Shown piece after piece: positions 50,544 through 62,153 of a DNA stretch of 64,000 nt. The notes beneath the pieces are model-generated. The model saw nothing but the letters and a program-made list of their open reading frames with translations. It had not been told where the DNA came from and did no database searches. Position numbers and translations under genes: made by a program. Origin of the DNA: an uncultured candidatus Porisulfidus sp. Lineage in GTDB: Bacteria > Pseudomonadota > Gammaproteobacteria > Poriferisulfidales > Poriferisulfidaceae. Where the stretch lies: assembly GCA_965199755.1 (NCBI GenBank), contig CBDASZ010000001.1, forward strand, positions 768,001-832,000, read 5' to 3'. Each line of letters opens with the position of its first letter. Position 1 is the stretch's first letter.

Positions 50544-51196
50544 CATCGCAAGAATCCGGCGCGACACCTGCCCGTGAGCGACGCCGGGAACAGCTGGTGG
50601 CGCAGTTGCGTGAGCAAGGCATCCAGAATGAGCAGGTGCTGCAGGCCATGTTGCAAACGCCTCGGCATGATTTCGTCAGCGGTGCTGTGGCGCGTCGTGC
50701 TTATGAAGACAATGCGCTGCCGATTGGTTTTGAGCAGACCATTTCGCAGCCCTACATCGTGGCCTTAATGACGCAGGCGCTGCTCGGCGAAGAGCCTCTG
50801 CACAAAGTGTTGGAAATCGGCACCGGCTCCGGTTATCAAAGCGCCGTGCTGTCACACGTGGCGGAGCGCGTCTACAGTGTTGAGCGGATTCCGCAATTGC
50901 ATCGCAAGTCCGCACGGCTGCTGCATGATCTGGGTTACCGCAATGTCCTGACACGCAAGGGCGATGGGACGCGAGGCTGGAACTCCCAGGCTCCTTTTGA
51001 TGCGATCATGGTGACGGCAGCCGCGGCCGTCTTTCCTGAAACACTCGCCCAGCAACTGCGCGTCGGGGGCCGCATGGTCATCCCGGAAGGATACAACGAA
51101 CAGACGCAAATACTGGTGCGCTACATCCAGACCGATTCCGGGCTGGCGCGCGAAGAAATGCTCCCGGTCTGCTTCGTGCCGCTGGTTGGCGACTGA
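50540..51196 (+). CDS. pcm: Protein-L-isoaspartate O-methyltransferase
   Basis: QTISQPY, VLEIGTGSGYQ, PFDAI.VTAA, FVPL. Confidence 0.95.
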   Translation: MTSQESGATPARERRREQLVAQLREQGIQNEQVLQAMLQTPRHDFVSGAVARRAYEDNALPIGFEQTISQPYIVALMTQALLGEEPLHKVLEIGTGSGYQSAVLSHVAERVYSVERIPQLHRKSARLLHDLGYRNVLTRKGDGTRGWNSQAPFDAIMVTAAAAVFPETLAQQLRVGGRMVIPEGYNEQTQILVRYIQTDSGLAREEMLPVCFVPLVGD

Positions 51197-51198
51197 AC

Positions 51199-51777
51199 GT
51201 GATGCGCTTGTTTGGCCCGCTGTACGATTGGACACTGGCCGCCGCCGCGCGCCCGCGTGCGCCGCAGGTTCTGGGGGTGGTGAGTTTCGCGGAAGCGATT
51301 ATTTTCCCGATTCCGGTTGACGTGATGCTTGCACCCATGGTCATCAGCCGTCCACATCGCTGGGTGCGCTACGCTGTCATTGCCGCAGTCACTTCCGTCG
51401 CAGGCGGTATTTTCGGCTATATGCTGGGTGCTATGGCCTATGACGTCAGCACCTCGTTTTTAATAGTTAGCGACAGCACGGCCCTTGAGGAAGCGAAAGG
51501 TCTGCTGTACAAATATGGATTCTGGGTGATTCTGGCGGCAGCATTCATGCCGATTCCGTACAAAGTATTCACCTTGGCTGCGGGATTTCTGGCAATGCCG
51601 TTCATCTTGTTTGTGATCGGCTCGATCGTTGGGCGAGGGGCGCGTTTCTTACTGGTCGCGGGAGTCGCCTATTGGCTAGGCACGCAATACGAGCAATGGA
51701 TTCGCAAACACATCGAACTGATTGGCTGGGTGCTGGTCGTCGCACTGGTGACACTGATATGGATACGACAACAGTGA
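51199..51777 (+). CDS. YqaA/DedA family membrane protein
   Basis: SFAEA..FPIP.D, PIPYKVF, GR.ARF. Confidence 0.9.
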   Translation: MMRLFGPLYDWTLAAAARPRAPQVLGVVSFAEAIIFPIPVDVMLAPMVISRPHRWVRYAVIAAVTSVAGGIFGYMLGAMAYDVSTSFLIVSDSTALEEAKGLLYKYGFWVILAAAFMPIPYKVFTLAAGFLAMPFILFVIGSIVGRGARFLLVAGVAYWLGTQYEQWIRKHIELIGWVLVVALVTLIWIRQQ

Positions 51778-52550
51778 GTGCGCGCTTCCTTAGGGTACTG
51801 CTGCTTGCTGTAACCGCGACATTCACCAGTGGCTGTGCGCCTGTCATTGATGCGTACGAAGAAATGTTTAAGCTATTCGAAGACGAGCCACCGAAAGTGT
51901 CCCAACGCTGTCAGGCGGTCACCACTCGCGAGGTGACCCACAAGATTCGTCGTGGTGAGACGCTTAGCGAAATTGGTCAGTGCTACCGGGTTCAGTGGTA
52001 TTACATTGCGCAGCGAAACAATATCTCCGACCCGAAAAGGGTCAAAGTCGGACAAAAGCTGGTTATTCCTGATCGGGCATGGATTGCAAGTTCCAAGAAG
52101 ACCGCGAAGCAGACCGCCTCCAAATCAAAGCCAGTGACACGGAAGCCTTATGTGAAACCGCCCACACGCACGCAAAGCGGACTGGAGTGGTCATGGCCGA
52201 CGCAAGGCAAGGTGACGCGCAAATTCAGCGCCAAAGGCTCTGGCAAGAAAGGTATCACCATCGCTGGAAAATCCGGGCAGGAAGTTCTGGCTGCCGCCAC
52301 CGGAGAGGTGGTCTACGCAGGGGAGGGGCTTACGGGCTATGGGCGCTTGCTAATCGTGCAGCATCCCAAGGATTTTCTGACCGCCTATGCGCACAATGAC
52401 GTGTTGCTGGTGCACGAGGGCGATCGGGTGGCGGGCGGACAGGTGATTGCGCACATGGGCAAGACCGCAGCGAAGTCCCCGCAGTTGCATTTCGAGGTGC
52501 GCTATCGCGGCAATCCTGTCGATCCGTTCAAATATCTGCCCAAGCGTTAG
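51774..52550 (+). CDS. nlpD: LysM/M23 lipoprotein (NlpD-like)
   Basis: Lipobox TSGC, LysM GETLSEI, M23 WPTQG..AYAHN..LHFEVR; follows surE-pcm-yqaA. Confidence 0.85.
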   Translation: MSARFLRVLLLAVTATFTSGCAPVIDAYEEMFKLFEDEPPKVSQRCQAVTTREVTHKIRRGETLSEIGQCYRVQWYYIAQRNNISDPKRVKVGQKLVIPDRAWIASSKKTAKQTASKSKPVTRKPYVKPPTRTQSGLEWSWPTQGKVTRKFSAKGSGKKGITIAGKSGQEVLAAATGEVVYAGEGLTGYGRLLIVQHPKDFLTAYAHNDVLLVHEGDRVAGGQVIAHMGKTAAKSPQLHFEVRYRGNPVDPFKYLPKR

Positions 52551-52918
52551 GCAGGCAGGATCATGCACGCGGCGACCGCGCGGCCGTCCTGAGACAAAAG
52601 ATTGTAGGTACGGCAGGCTGCCTGAGTGGTCATGACCTCAAAGCCAATGCCGCGGCCCAGTATCGCGCCATAGATTTCAACTTTCGGGCGATGCAAGTCC
52701 TGACCGGTTCCGAGTAGCACCAGTTCCGGGCGCTTGGTGAGAATGCGCTGGAAGTGAGACATGGCGATGACGTCTGCGGATTCTGCCCATGGCTGGATGC
52801 GCTCTCCCGGCAACAGCAGGAAACTTTCCGTCCAGTGTTCCCCATTGACGACAACGCCGTCGCTGCCGCAAGAGCGGATCATAAATTCGGCCGGGCTTCG
52901 GTCTTCCGCAAACTGCAT
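52547..52918 (-). CDS. Mth938-like protein
   Basis: PELVLLGTG, EVMTTQAACRTYN. Confidence 0.9.
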   Translation of the reverse strand: MQFAEDRSPAEFMIRSCGSDGVVVNGEHWTESFLLLPGERIQPWAESADVIAMSHFQRILTKRPELVLLGTGQDLHRPKVEIYGAILGRGIGFEVMTTQAACRTYNLLSQDGRAVAACMILPA

Positions 52919-53021
52919 GGGCGTATAATGGCAGTGACGGCGCGATTTCTGCCATGTCGCAACATTATAGCCAGCCATCTCGTCATTCCCGTCACTTCAT
53001 TTCCGCTTCTGATCTCCGCTC

Positions 53022-54200
53022 GTGACTGAGGAATTTCAGCGCGTCTCGCGCCTTCCCCCTTACGTATTCAGCATCGTTAGCGATCTGCGCACGCAGGCGC
53101 GTCGGCGAGGCGAGGACGTTATTGACTTCGGCATGGGCAACCCGGACCAGCCGACTCCGCAACACATCGTTGACAAGTTGTGTGAGACCGTGACTCGCGG
53201 AGACACCCATCGCTACTCGGCATCCCGCGGCATTCCTCGCCTGCGTCAAGCGATCGCCAACTGGTACCAGCGCAAGTTCGACGTGGAGATTGACCCGGAG
53301 ACCGAAGCGATTGTGACCATGGGATCGAAAGAGGGTCTGGCGCATCTGGCACTTGCTGTACTGGCTCCGGGCGATACCGCTGTGGTGCCGAATCCGGCGT
53401 ATCCCATCCATCCGTACAGTTGCGTGATTGCCGGTGCTGAACTGAATTATGTGGCAATGGACTCGGAAGAGGAATTTCTACTGTCACTGAAGAAAACCAT
53501 CGAAAATTGCTGGCCGCGTCCGAAGATGCTGCTGCTGAATTTCCCCTGCAATCCGACTGGACATTGTGTCGAGTTGAACTTTTACAACCAAGTAGTTGAG
53601 ATTGCCAAGGAATACAAGATATGGGTTGTGCAGGATATTGCCTATGCTGAACTAACTTTTGATGGTTATAGGGTGCCATCGATTTTGCAGGCGAAAGGAG
53701 CCAAGGATGTGGCAGTCGAGTTCTACACGCTCTCGAAGTCCTACAACATGCCCGGCTGGCGAGTGGGCTTCATGTGCGGCAATGCGCGTCTGGTCAGTGC
53801 TCTGGCGCGAGTCAAGTCGTATGTCGATTACGGATTATTTACGCCGATTCAGGTCGCGGCCATCGCCGCACTGGACGGGCCACAGGACTGTGTTGAGGGG
53901 ATCCGCCAGTTGTACGAACAACGTCGGGATGTGCTGTGTGACGGTCTCAATGCGATGGGCTGGGAGGTGGAGAAACCTTCCGCCACCATGTTCGTCTGGG
54001 CGCCGATTCCGCCTGCTTATCAGGACGTGGGCTCGCTGGAGTTCAGCAAGTTGCTGCTCAAGCAAGCCAAGGTCGCGGTTTCTCCCGGCATTGGATTCGG
54101 GCAAAATGGGGATCGGCACGTGCGCATCAGCCTGATCGAGAATCCGCATCGCATCCGACAGGCACTGCGCAGTATTAAAGCGATGATGCGGGAGGCCTGA
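53022..54200 (+). CDS. alaC: Alanine transaminase AlaC
   Basis: [28 protein letters not shown]. Confidence 0.92.
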   Translation: MTEEFQRVSRLPPYVFSIVSDLRTQARRRGEDVIDFGMGNPDQPTPQHIVDKLCETVTRGDTHRYSASRGIPRLRQAIANWYQRKFDVEIDPETEAIVTMGSKEGLAHLALAVLAPGDTAVVPNPAYPIHPYSCVIAGAELNYVAMDSEEEFLLSLKKTIENCWPRPKMLLLNFPCNPTGHCVELNFYNQVVEIAKEYKIWVVQDIAYAELTFDGYRVPSILQAKGAKDVAVEFYTLSKSYNMPGWRVGFMCGNARLVSALARVKSYVDYGLFTPIQVAAIAALDGPQDCVEGIRQLYEQRRDVLCDGLNAMGWEVEKPSATMFVWAPIPPAYQDVGSLEFSKLLLKQAKVAVSPGIGFGQNGDRHVRISLIENPHRIRQALRSIKAMMREA

Positions 54201-55522
54201 TGGGAAACAGCGTCATACGGGTAGGGTTACTGGGCCTGGGTTGCGTCGGCAGCGGCGTGATTCGCGCCTTGTTGCGCAATCAGGAAGAGATCGAACGCCG
54301 CGCGGGCTGTCAGCTACAGATTATCGCTGCCTGTGCGCGGGACCTCAGCAAAGCGCGCGACTGCGCCGCTGAAGGGATCCGCATGACGCAGGACCCGTAC
54401 GACGTGGTGGACGACCCGGATGTGGATGTACTGATCGAATTGATGGGTGGCATTGAGCCGGCACGCTCTTTGATTCTGCGCGCTATCGCGCAAGGCAAGC
54501 CGATCATCACCGCGAACAAACATCTGATCGCGTTGCACGGCAGTGAGATTTTCGCCGCCGCCGAAGAGAAGGGTGTTAATGTTGCTTTTGAGGCCGCGGT
54601 CGCTGGCAGCATTCCGATCATCAAGAACCTTCGCGAAAGCCTCAGCGGCAACCGCATCGCCTGGGTCGCCGGCATTATCAATGGCACTGGCAACTACATT
54701 TTGAGCGCCATGGAAAAAGAAGGGCGGCCTTTTGATGAGGTGCTGGCGGATGCTCAGCGTCTGGGCTACGCGGAAGCGGATCCGACCTTCGACGTGGACG
54801 GTACGGACGCCGCGCACAAATTGACGATCCTCGCCTCCATTGCTTTTGGTATCCCACTGTCATTCGAGCAGGTCTATCGGGAAGGCATCGACAGCATCAG
54901 CGCCGACAACATCGCTGAGGCGCAAGAGTTGGGATACCGGATCAAGCATCTCGGCATTGCCAAGCGCACCGAGCAGGGGATTGAGCTGCGCGTGCACCCG
55001 GCGCTGATTCCGCATCGTCGTTTGATTGCCAATGTCGCCGGCGTCATGAATGCGGTGGTGGTGAAAGCGGATGCGGCAGGGGCGCACTTGTACTATGGGG
55101 CCGGCGCGGGCGGTGATCCGACTGCCTCGGCTGTGATCGCAGATCTGGTTGACGTGGTGCGCACACTCACTACCGATGCTGAGAACCGCGTGCCGCATCT
55201 GGCTTATCAGCCGCACGCCTTGTCAGACTTGCCGATTCTTTCCATGGAAGCAGTGGAGACGGCTTGTTATCTGAAGCTGCAAGCCCGCGACCGTCCAGGT
55301 GTCCTGTCCGCGGTCACGCGCATTCTGGGAGATCTTGAGATCAGCATTGAGGCCATTCAGCAACGCCAGCCTGTCAATGGCGATGTGGAGCAAGGCGTGC
55401 CTGTCATCCTGCTGACGCATGCCGTGCCGGAGTCACGAATCAATCAGGCGATTGCTAACATAGAAGCATTGGATGATGTGTTGACACAAGTACAGCGCAT
55501 CCGTATTGAAACGTTGGGGTGA
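54200..55522 (+). CDS. hom: Homoserine dehydrogenase
   Basis: GLG.VG, TANK, GIINGT, GYAEADP, C-terminal ACT domain. Confidence 0.95.
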   Translation: MGNSVIRVGLLGLGCVGSGVIRALLRNQEEIERRAGCQLQIIAACARDLSKARDCAAEGIRMTQDPYDVVDDPDVDVLIELMGGIEPARSLILRAIAQGKPIITANKHLIALHGSEIFAAAEEKGVNVAFEAAVAGSIPIIKNLRESLSGNRIAWVAGIINGTGNYILSAMEKEGRPFDEVLADAQRLGYAEADPTFDVDGTDAAHKLTILASIAFGIPLSFEQVYREGIDSISADNIAEAQELGYRIKHLGIAKRTEQGIELRVHPALIPHRRLIANVAGVMNAVVVKADAAGAHLYYGAGAGGDPTASAVIADLVDVVRTLTTDAENRVPHLAYQPHALSDLPILSMEAVETACYLKLQARDRPGVLSAVTRILGDLEISIEAIQQRQPVNGDVEQGVPVILLTHAVPESRINQAIANIEALDDVLTQVQRIRIETLG

Positions 55523-56649
55523 TGATGGCGCATTACACAGGACTGATTGATCGTTATCGGGAGTTTCTGCCCATCGCGCCAGGGACACGCGCCGTCAGTT
55601 TGTGCGAGGGGGACACCCCGCTGATCGAATTGCGACACCTGCCGGAGGATTGGGACAGCCGATGCCGGGTACTGGTCAAATTCGAAGGTCTGAATCCGAC
55701 TGGCTCTTTCAAGGACCGGGGTATGACGGTCGCGGTGACGCGCGCCTGCGAAGAGGGCAGTCAAGCGGTCATTTGCGCCTCGACCGGAAACACCTCCGCT
55801 TCAGCCGCCGCGTATGCGAAACGCGCGGGCATGACCTGCTTTGTCTTGATCCCGGAGGGCAATGTCGCCATGGGCAAGATCGCTCAGGCGATCATTTATG
55901 ACGCGACCATCCTGCAGATTCAGGGGAACTTTGATGACGGCATGCACCTAGTGTGTGCGATATCCGAAGAAATGCCAGTCACGCTGGTCAACTCCGTCAA
56001 CCCGTATCGGCTGCAAGGGCAGAAGACTGGCGCGTTTGAGGTGGTTGAGGCGCTGGGATGCGCGCCGGATTATCATTATTTGCCGGTTGGCAATGCGGGC
56101 AATATTTCCGCCTACTGGATTGGTTACAGTGAATTGGCCGGGTGCCACAAGCCGGCTAGCGGTGCCTGTGCTTTTTGCGAAGGGAGTTGCGCTTTTTCAC
56201 CACCCGCGACCATTAGTTCACGACCCCGTATGGTTGGGTACCAGGCTGCGGGCGCGGCACCGTTCCAACACGACGGACCGGTCTCGAACCCGCAAACTTG
56301 CGCCACTGCCATTCGCATTGGCAACCCGCAAAGTTGGGATGCCGCTTGGGCCACGCAGCATGAATCTGATGGCTGGTTCGGTGCGTGTACAGATGAGGAG
56401 ATTCTGGACATGCAACGACAACTGGCTAGTCGGGAAGGCGTTTTTTGTGAGCCGGCCTCAGCCGCCTCAGTGGCAGGATTGAAACACGACATTCTCTCCG
56501 GCAAGATTGAAGACGGAGCAACCGTGGTCTGCACATTGACAGGGCACGGACTCAAGGACCCGAGTAGCGTCGGCGATCTGAAACTGGAAAGTGTGCCGGC
56601 GCAGTTGGAAAGTATTCGGGAGGCGGTTAGCCGCAAACTCGGCGTGTGA
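55519..56649 (+). CDS. thrC: Threonine synthase
   Basis: [35 protein letters not shown]. Confidence 0.95.
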   Translation: MMMAHYTGLIDRYREFLPIAPGTRAVSLCEGDTPLIELRHLPEDWDSRCRVLVKFEGLNPTGSFKDRGMTVAVTRACEEGSQAVICASTGNTSASAAAYAKRAGMTCFVLIPEGNVAMGKIAQAIIYDATILQIQGNFDDGMHLVCAISEEMPVTLVNSVNPYRLQGQKTGAFEVVEALGCAPDYHYLPVGNAGNISAYWIGYSELAGCHKPASGACAFCEGSCAFSPPATISSRPRMVGYQAAGAAPFQHDGPVSNPQTCATAIRIGNPQSWDAAWATQHESDGWFGACTDEEILDMQRQLASREGVFCEPASAASVAGLKHDILSGKIEDGATVVCTLTGHGLKDPSSVGDLKLESVPAQLESIREAVSRKLGV

Positions 56650-56660
56650 CGGTTGCGCGC

Positions 56661-58064
56661 CTAAATCTCGCGCGCCAGTTTCTCCGCACAACCGATGTAG
56701 TCGCGAGGCTCCATGGCAAGCAGACGCTCTCGAACCTCTTGTGGCATCTCCTCAAGCCCCGCGATAAATTCCCTCAAACTCTCCAGCGTGATTTGCTGCC
56801 CGCGTGTGAACGCCTTCAGTTGTTCGTAGGGCGTCGGCAGTCCATAGCGTTTCATGACTGTCTGAATCGCTTCAGCCAGCACTTCCGGGCAGGCCGCTAG
56901 ATCCGCTTCCATACGCGCTGCATCCGGTTGCAACTTGTCCATTCCGCGCGCCAGCGCCATGTACGCATTGACGCAGCCCCCAAGCGTCGCACCCATATTG
57001 CGCAGCACCGTTGAGTCGCTCAAATCGCGCTGCAGACGCGAGATTGGCAACTTGTTTGCGTAATAGGCCAATTCGGATGAAGCCAGACCCAGATTGCCTT
57101 CAGCGTTTTCAAAGTCAATCGGGTTGACTTTATGCGGCATGGTTGAGGAGCCGACTTCGGAGTCCTTGGTGCGCTGGCGGAAATAAGTACTCGAAATGTA
57201 TTGCCAGACATCGCGCGCGAAATCGAGCAGCAGATTGTTGATGCGGATCAGCACATGGAAGAACTCGGCAAACTGGTCATACGGCTCAATCTGGGTTGTG
57301 TAGGCATTTGATTCCAGCCCCAGAGATTCCAGCACAGAACGAGAAAATGTTTCCCAATCGACATCGGGATAGGCTGCCAGATGCGCGTTGTAATTCCCGA
57401 CCGCGCCGTTCATCTTCGCCAGAAAGCGGGTCTCGCGCAATTGCTTTGTCTGTCGGCGCAATCGATTCAGGAAGACTGCCATTTCCTTGCCGAGTGTGGT
57501 CGGAGAAGCGGGTTGGCCGTGCGTGCGCGCCAGCATGGGCAGTGCGGCATAGTCGCGCGCCATGTTTTCGAGGCGCGTCTCGATCTCATCCAGCGCAGGC
57601 AGAATCACTTCCGTGCGCGCGCGCTCCAGCATCAAGGCGTAGGCAGGATGGTTGACGTCCCAAGAGGTGCAGGCGAAATGAATGAATCCCTCAAGCGGTG
57701 CCCACTGTTCATCAGCCTCCAGCTGCTTGCGCAGGTAGTATTCCAGAGCCTTGACGTCGTGGTTGGTTTGTTGCTCGATGTCCTTGACTTCCTGCGCCGA
57801 TTCAGGGCTGAAGCTATCAGGCAAGGCGCGCAGTCGGTCTGCGGCTTCTTTGGGGAGCGATGGGACTTCTGTGATTTCAGGATGCTCGGATAACGCAAGC
57901 AGCCAGTGGATCTGCAACTCCAGACGATGCCGAATCAATCCGTATTCGGAAAACAACTGGCGCAGGCGATCTCCCGTATTCGCGTGATAGCGACCATCTA
58001 CCGGAGACAGCGAGGTGAGGGGAGAGGGCTTCAAGTCAGGCGGGCAGGAAAGGGCATAATTCAT
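56661..58064 (-). CDS. purB: Adenylosuccinate lyase
   Basis: SPVDGRY, TNHDVKA, RTHGQ, GSSTMPHKVNP. Confidence 0.96.
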   Translation of the reverse strand: MNYALSCPPDLKPSPLTSLSPVDGRYHANTGDRLRQLFSEYGLIRHRLELQIHWLLALSEHPEITEVPSLPKEAADRLRALPDSFSPESAQEVKDIEQQTNHDVKALEYYLRKQLEADEQWAPLEGFIHFACTSWDVNHPAYALMLERARTEVILPALDEIETRLENMARDYAALPMLARTHGQPASPTTLGKEMAVFLNRLRRQTKQLRETRFLAKMNGAVGNYNAHLAAYPDVDWETFSRSVLESLGLESNAYTTQIEPYDQFAEFFHVLIRINNLLLDFARDVWQYISSTYFRQRTKDSEVGSSTMPHKVNPIDFENAEGNLGLASSELAYYANKLPISRLQRDLSDSTVLRNMGATLGGCVNAYMALARGMDKLQPDAARMEADLAACPEVLAEAIQTVMKRYGLPTPYEQLKAFTRGQQITLESLREFIAGLEEMPQEVRERLLAMEPRDYIGCAEKLAREI

Positions 58065-58117
58065 TATACTAGCCGACGGCTTTTCAAGCGCGCATATCAG
58101 CAACAGCAACACACGCC

Positions 58118-59488
58118 ATGGCGGAGTTTCGCACCGAAAAAGACAGCATGGGCGAGGTACAGGTGCCTAGCGATGCCATGTATGGTGCACAAACCCAGCG
58201 TGCGGTAGAGAACTTTCCAGTCAGTGGCTTGCGCATGCCGCGCGAGTTCCTGCGCGGCCTTGGCTTAGTCAAGCGAGCCTGCGCCGAAGCCAACGCTTCC
58301 TTGCAACTGCTGGATGCGGAGAAGGCGGAAGCGATTGCTGCCGCCGCACAGCAAGTCGCCGATGGAGCGCATGACGCGCAATTTCCGGTGGACGTGTTTC
58401 AGACCGGCTCCGGCACTAGTTCCAACATGAATGCCAATGAGGTGATTGCGCGTCTCGCTGGAGACACCATCCATCCGAACGATCACGTCAACATGAGTCA
58501 AAGCTCCAATGATGTGATTCCGACCACCATTCATGTCAGCGCCGCATTGGCTGTGCATCAGCAATTGTTGCAGGCTCTGGATCATTTGCATCAAGTGCTG
58601 TCAGACAAGGCCGCCAATCTGGATGCCGAGGTTAAAACCGGACGCACCCATCTGATGGATGCCATGCCAGTACGTCTGTCACAGGAAGTTAGTGCATGGG
58701 CAAGCCAGATTGATTACGGGCGGGCGCGCATTCGCAGCGTCCTGCCACGCCTGCATGAGGTGGCGCAAGGTGGAACCGCCGTTGGTAGCGGCATTAATGC
58801 GCCAGAAGGCTTCGCTGAGGCCTTTGTGGTCTCGCTGCAACAACTTACCGGTATTGAGTTTCAATCCAAACCCGACAAGTTCGAGGCGCTGGCGGCCCAA
58901 GACACTGCGGTTGAACTGAGTGGACAGTTGCGTACGCTCGCAGTCAGCCTGATGAAAATTGCCAATGATCTGCGCTGGATGAACTCCGGGCCGTTGTCTG
59001 GACTCGGTGAAATTGCTTTGCCTGCATTGCAGCCGGGCAGCAGCATCATGCCGGGCAAGGTCAATCCGGTTATCCCGGAGGCGACCACCATGGCGGCCGC
59101 GCAGGTGATGGGAAATGACGCGACTATCGCCGTGGCCGGTCAATCCGGCAATTTCCAGCTTAATGTCATGCTTCCAGTGATTGCCTATAATTTATTGCAA
59201 AGTATTGACATTCTTGCAAATGTTTCTTGTCTGCTGGCCGATCGCGCCGTTTCAGGCTTTCAGGTCAATGAAGAAACGCTGCGTGGCGGGCTTGCCCGCA
59301 ACCCCATTCTGGTGACTGCGCTGAATACGGTGATCGGCTACGAAGCGGGTGCGGCCATTGCCAAGCAGGCATACGCCGAAGGGCGGCCAGTGCTGGAAGT
59401 GGCCTGCGAACAGACCGATATCCCCGAAGAAGAATTGCGTCGTTTGCTCGATGCCGCCGTATTGACGCGCGGCGGTATCCAGTCCTGA
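58118..59488 (+). CDS. fumC: Class II fumarate hydratase
   Basis: RTEKDSMG, QTGSGTSSNMN, GSSIMPGKVNP. Confidence 0.95.
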   Translation: MAEFRTEKDSMGEVQVPSDAMYGAQTQRAVENFPVSGLRMPREFLRGLGLVKRACAEANASLQLLDAEKAEAIAAAAQQVADGAHDAQFPVDVFQTGSGTSSNMNANEVIARLAGDTIHPNDHVNMSQSSNDVIPTTIHVSAALAVHQQLLQALDHLHQVLSDKAANLDAEVKTGRTHLMDAMPVRLSQEVSAWASQIDYGRARIRSVLPRLHEVAQGGTAVGSGINAPEGFAEAFVVSLQQLTGIEFQSKPDKFEALAAQDTAVELSGQLRTLAVSLMKIANDLRWMNSGPLSGLGEIALPALQPGSSIMPGKVNPVIPEATTMAAAQVMGNDATIAVAGQSGNFQLNVMLPVIAYNLLQSIDILANVSCLLADRAVSGFQVNEETLRGGLARNPILVTALNTVIGYEAGAAIAKQAYAEGRPVLEVACEQTDIPEEELRRLLDAAVLTRGGIQS

Positions 59489-59489
59489 A

Positions 59490-62153
59490 TCAAGCTGCGA
59501 GCTGCCGAAGAACGTAGTGCAGAATGCCGCCGTGGCGGTAGTACTCCACTTCCTGAGGGGTATCGATACGCACCGTCACAGTGAAGTTTTTGGTATCCCC
59601 ACCATTACTGGAGCGAGCCGTAACCTCAAGTGATTCGGGCATATCACTGACTCCATCCAGACCTACGATGTCGAAATGCTCCTCACCGCTCAAGCCCAGT
59701 GATTCAGCATTCTCGCCTTGCTGGAACTGCAGCGGCAGGATGCCCATGCCAATCAGGTTAGAGCGATGAATCCGCTCATAACTCTCGGCGATTACCGCCC
59801 GCACTCCCTGCAGGCGCGGTCCTTTGGCAGCCCAGTCGCGAGACGAGCCGCAGCCGTATTCTTTTCCGGCCAGCACAATCAAAGGCACGCTTTCGTTGCG
59901 ATACTGCATGGCCGCATCATAGATAGACATTAGTTCACCACTCGGCAGATGGCGGGTGACACCGCCTTCGGTCCCGCCTGCCAGTCGGTTGCGTAGGCGG
60001 ATATTGGCAAAAGTGCCGCGCATCATCACTTCGTGATTGCCGCGTCGGGATCCGTATGAGTTGAAGTCTCCGACCGATACGCCGCGTTCTTTCAGGTAGC
60101 GTCCAGCGGGGCTGTCTTCCGCGATCGCGCCAGCGGGGGAGATATGATCGGTGGTGACCGAATCGCCCAGCCAGGCCAGCGCCCGTGCGCCTGCAATATC
60201 AGAGAAGTTGCCGATCTCCATGGACATGTCCTCGAAGTAGGGCGGGTGCGACACATAGGTCGAATCCGGCCACTCGTAAATGCGGCTGCTAACCGAGTCC
60301 AGTTGTGCCCAGTTGGCGTCGCCATCAAACACAGCCTCGTAGCTCTGCTTGAATTGATCGGCATCCAGCGCCTGTCCCAACACTGAGGCGACTTCTTGCT
60401 GGGCTGGCCAGATGTCCTTCAGGAACACCTCGCGCCCATCGGGAGTTGTCGCAATCGGCTCGGTGGTGATATCAATATCCATGTGACCGGCCAGTGCATA
60501 GGCGACGACCAGCGGCGGCGAAGCCAGATAGTTCATTAGCACCTGAGCGTGAATGCGTCCTTCGAAGTTGCGGTTGCCCGACAGAATTGAGGCCGTGGTC
60601 AGATTGTTTTCGGCGATCAACTGAGAGAGTTGATCAGACAGCGGGCCGGAGTTGCCAATGCACGTGGTGCAGCCGTAGCCGACCAGATGAAAGCCCAATG
60701 CTTTGAGTGGCTCCATCAATTCGGCGCGCTCCAGATAATCGGTGACCACCCGCGAGCCAGGTGCCAGTGACGTCTTCACCCATGGGCGAGTCTTGAGTCC
60801 GAGCGCGGCGGCTTTCTGCGCCACCAGACCGGCACCCACCATAACACTAGGGTTGGAGGTGTTGGTGCAGGAGGTGATGGCCGCAATGGCGATCATGCCG
60901 TCGCGCAAAGTGCAAGATTCGCCGTCAATCACGGCCTCGACTGATGCGGTTTCAGTCTTGCCGCGACCTTCATTGATCTGCTGCAGTTCTGAACGAAACT
61001 CGCTGGCGGCCTGATTGAGCACAACGCGATCTTGTGGACGTTTCGGGCCGGCGAGGCAAGGCTCGACGGTACTGAGACCCAGCTCCAGTATTTCACTGTA
61101 CGTCGCCACAGTATCACTGCGCCACATCCCTTGCTCCTTGGCGTAGGCTTCCACACAAGCAATCTGTGCAGCATCGCGTCCGGTCAGGCGAAGATACTCC
61201 AGAGTTTCTGTGTCAATCGGGAACAAGCCACAGGTGGCACCGTATTCAGGAGCCATATTTGCGATGGTCGCGCGGTCCCCAATCGACAACTGTGACAACC
61301 CGTCGCCGTAGAACTCGACGAACTTGCCTACCACGCCATGCGTGCGAAGCATCTGTACGATCGTCAGCACCAGGTCCGTTCCAGTCGCGCCTTCCGGCAA
61401 CGTGCCGTGCAGCCGGAAACCGACAACACGCGGGATCAGCATGGAAATGGGTTGCCCCAGCATTGAGGCTTCGGCTTCAATGCCGCCCACGCCCCAGCCC
61501 AACACGCCAATGCCGTTGATCATGGTGGTGTGGGAATCGGTGCCGACCAGTGTGTCCGGGTAGGCGTACATCACGCCGTCTTGTTCTGCGGCGAACACGA
61601 CCCGAGCCAGATATTCGAGATTGACCTGGTGCACGATGCCGGTGTCCGGTGGCACTACTTTGAAGTTGCTGAATGCGCCTTGACCCCATTTGAGGAAGCT
61701 GTAGCGCTCTTGGTTGCGGCTGAATTCGAGTTTGGCATTCAGATCAAACGCCTGATCGCTGGCGGAGCGGTCTACCTGAACCGAATGATCGATGACCAGT
61801 TCCGCTGGCTGTAGTGGGTTGATACGCTCCGGGTCTCCGCCCAGAACGCTGATGGCATCGCGCATCGCGGCGAGATCGACCACGGCTGGTACGCCGGTGA
61901 AATCCTGCATCAGTACGCGCGCCGGGCGAAAAGCAATTTCTTTGTGCGCCTCGGCCGTCGCGTCCCAGTTCAGTAGCGCGTCAATATCCTCAGCGGCTAC
62001 TGTGCGCCCATCCTCAAAGCGCAGCAGGTTTTCCAGAAGGATTTTTAGAGAGAAGGGCAGGCGCTCCACGCCTTCGAGGTGAGACAGACGATAAATCTGA
62101 TAGGAAGCGTCTCCAACCTTAAGTGTTCTTCGAGAGTTAAAACTATTAGCCAT
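59490..62153 (-). CDS. acnA: Aconitate hydratase A
   Basis: QDFTGVP, GTDSHT, SCTNTSNP, GCTTCIGNSG, GSSRDWAAKG. Confidence 0.96.
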   Translation of the reverse strand: MANSFNSRRTLKVGDASYQIYRLSHLEGVERLPFSLKILLENLLRFEDGRTVAAEDIDALLNWDATAEAHKEIAFRPARVLMQDFTGVPAVVDLAAMRDAISVLGGDPERINPLQPAELVIDHSVQVDRSASDQAFDLNAKLEFSRNQERYSFLKWGQGAFSNFKVVPPDTGIVHQVNLEYLARVVFAAEQDGVMYAYPDTLVGTDSHTTMINGIGVLGWGVGGIEAEASMLGQPISMLIPRVVGFRLHGTLPEGATGTDLVLTIVQMLRTHGVVGKFVEFYGDGLSQLSIGDRATIANMAPEYGATCGLFPIDTETLEYLRLTGRDAAQIACVEAYAKEQGMWRSDTVATYSEILELGLSTVEPCLAGPKRPQDRVVLNQAASEFRSELQQINEGRGKTETASVEAVIDGESCTLRDGMIAIAAITSCTNTSNPSVMVGAGLVAQKAAALGLKTRPWVKTSLAPGSRVVTDYLERAELMEPLKALGFHLVGYGCTTCIGNSGPLSDQLSQLIAENNLTTASILSGNRNFEGRIHAQVLMNYLASPPLVVAYALAGHMDIDITTEPIATTPDGREVFLKDIWPAQQEVASVLGQALDADQFKQSYEAVFDGDANWAQLDSVSSRIYEWPDSTYVSHPPYFEDMSMEIGNFSDIAGARALAWLGDSVTTDHISPAGAIAEDSPAGRYLKERGVSVGDFNSYGSRRGNHEVMMRGTFANIRLRNRLAGGTEGGVTRHLPSGELMSIYDAAMQYRNESVPLIVLAGKEYGCGSSRDWAAKGPRLQGVRAVIAESYERIHRSNLIGMGILPLQFQQGENAESLGLSGEEHFDIVGLDGVSDMPESLEVTARSSNGGDTKNFTVTVRIDTPQEVEYYRHGGILHYVLRQLAA

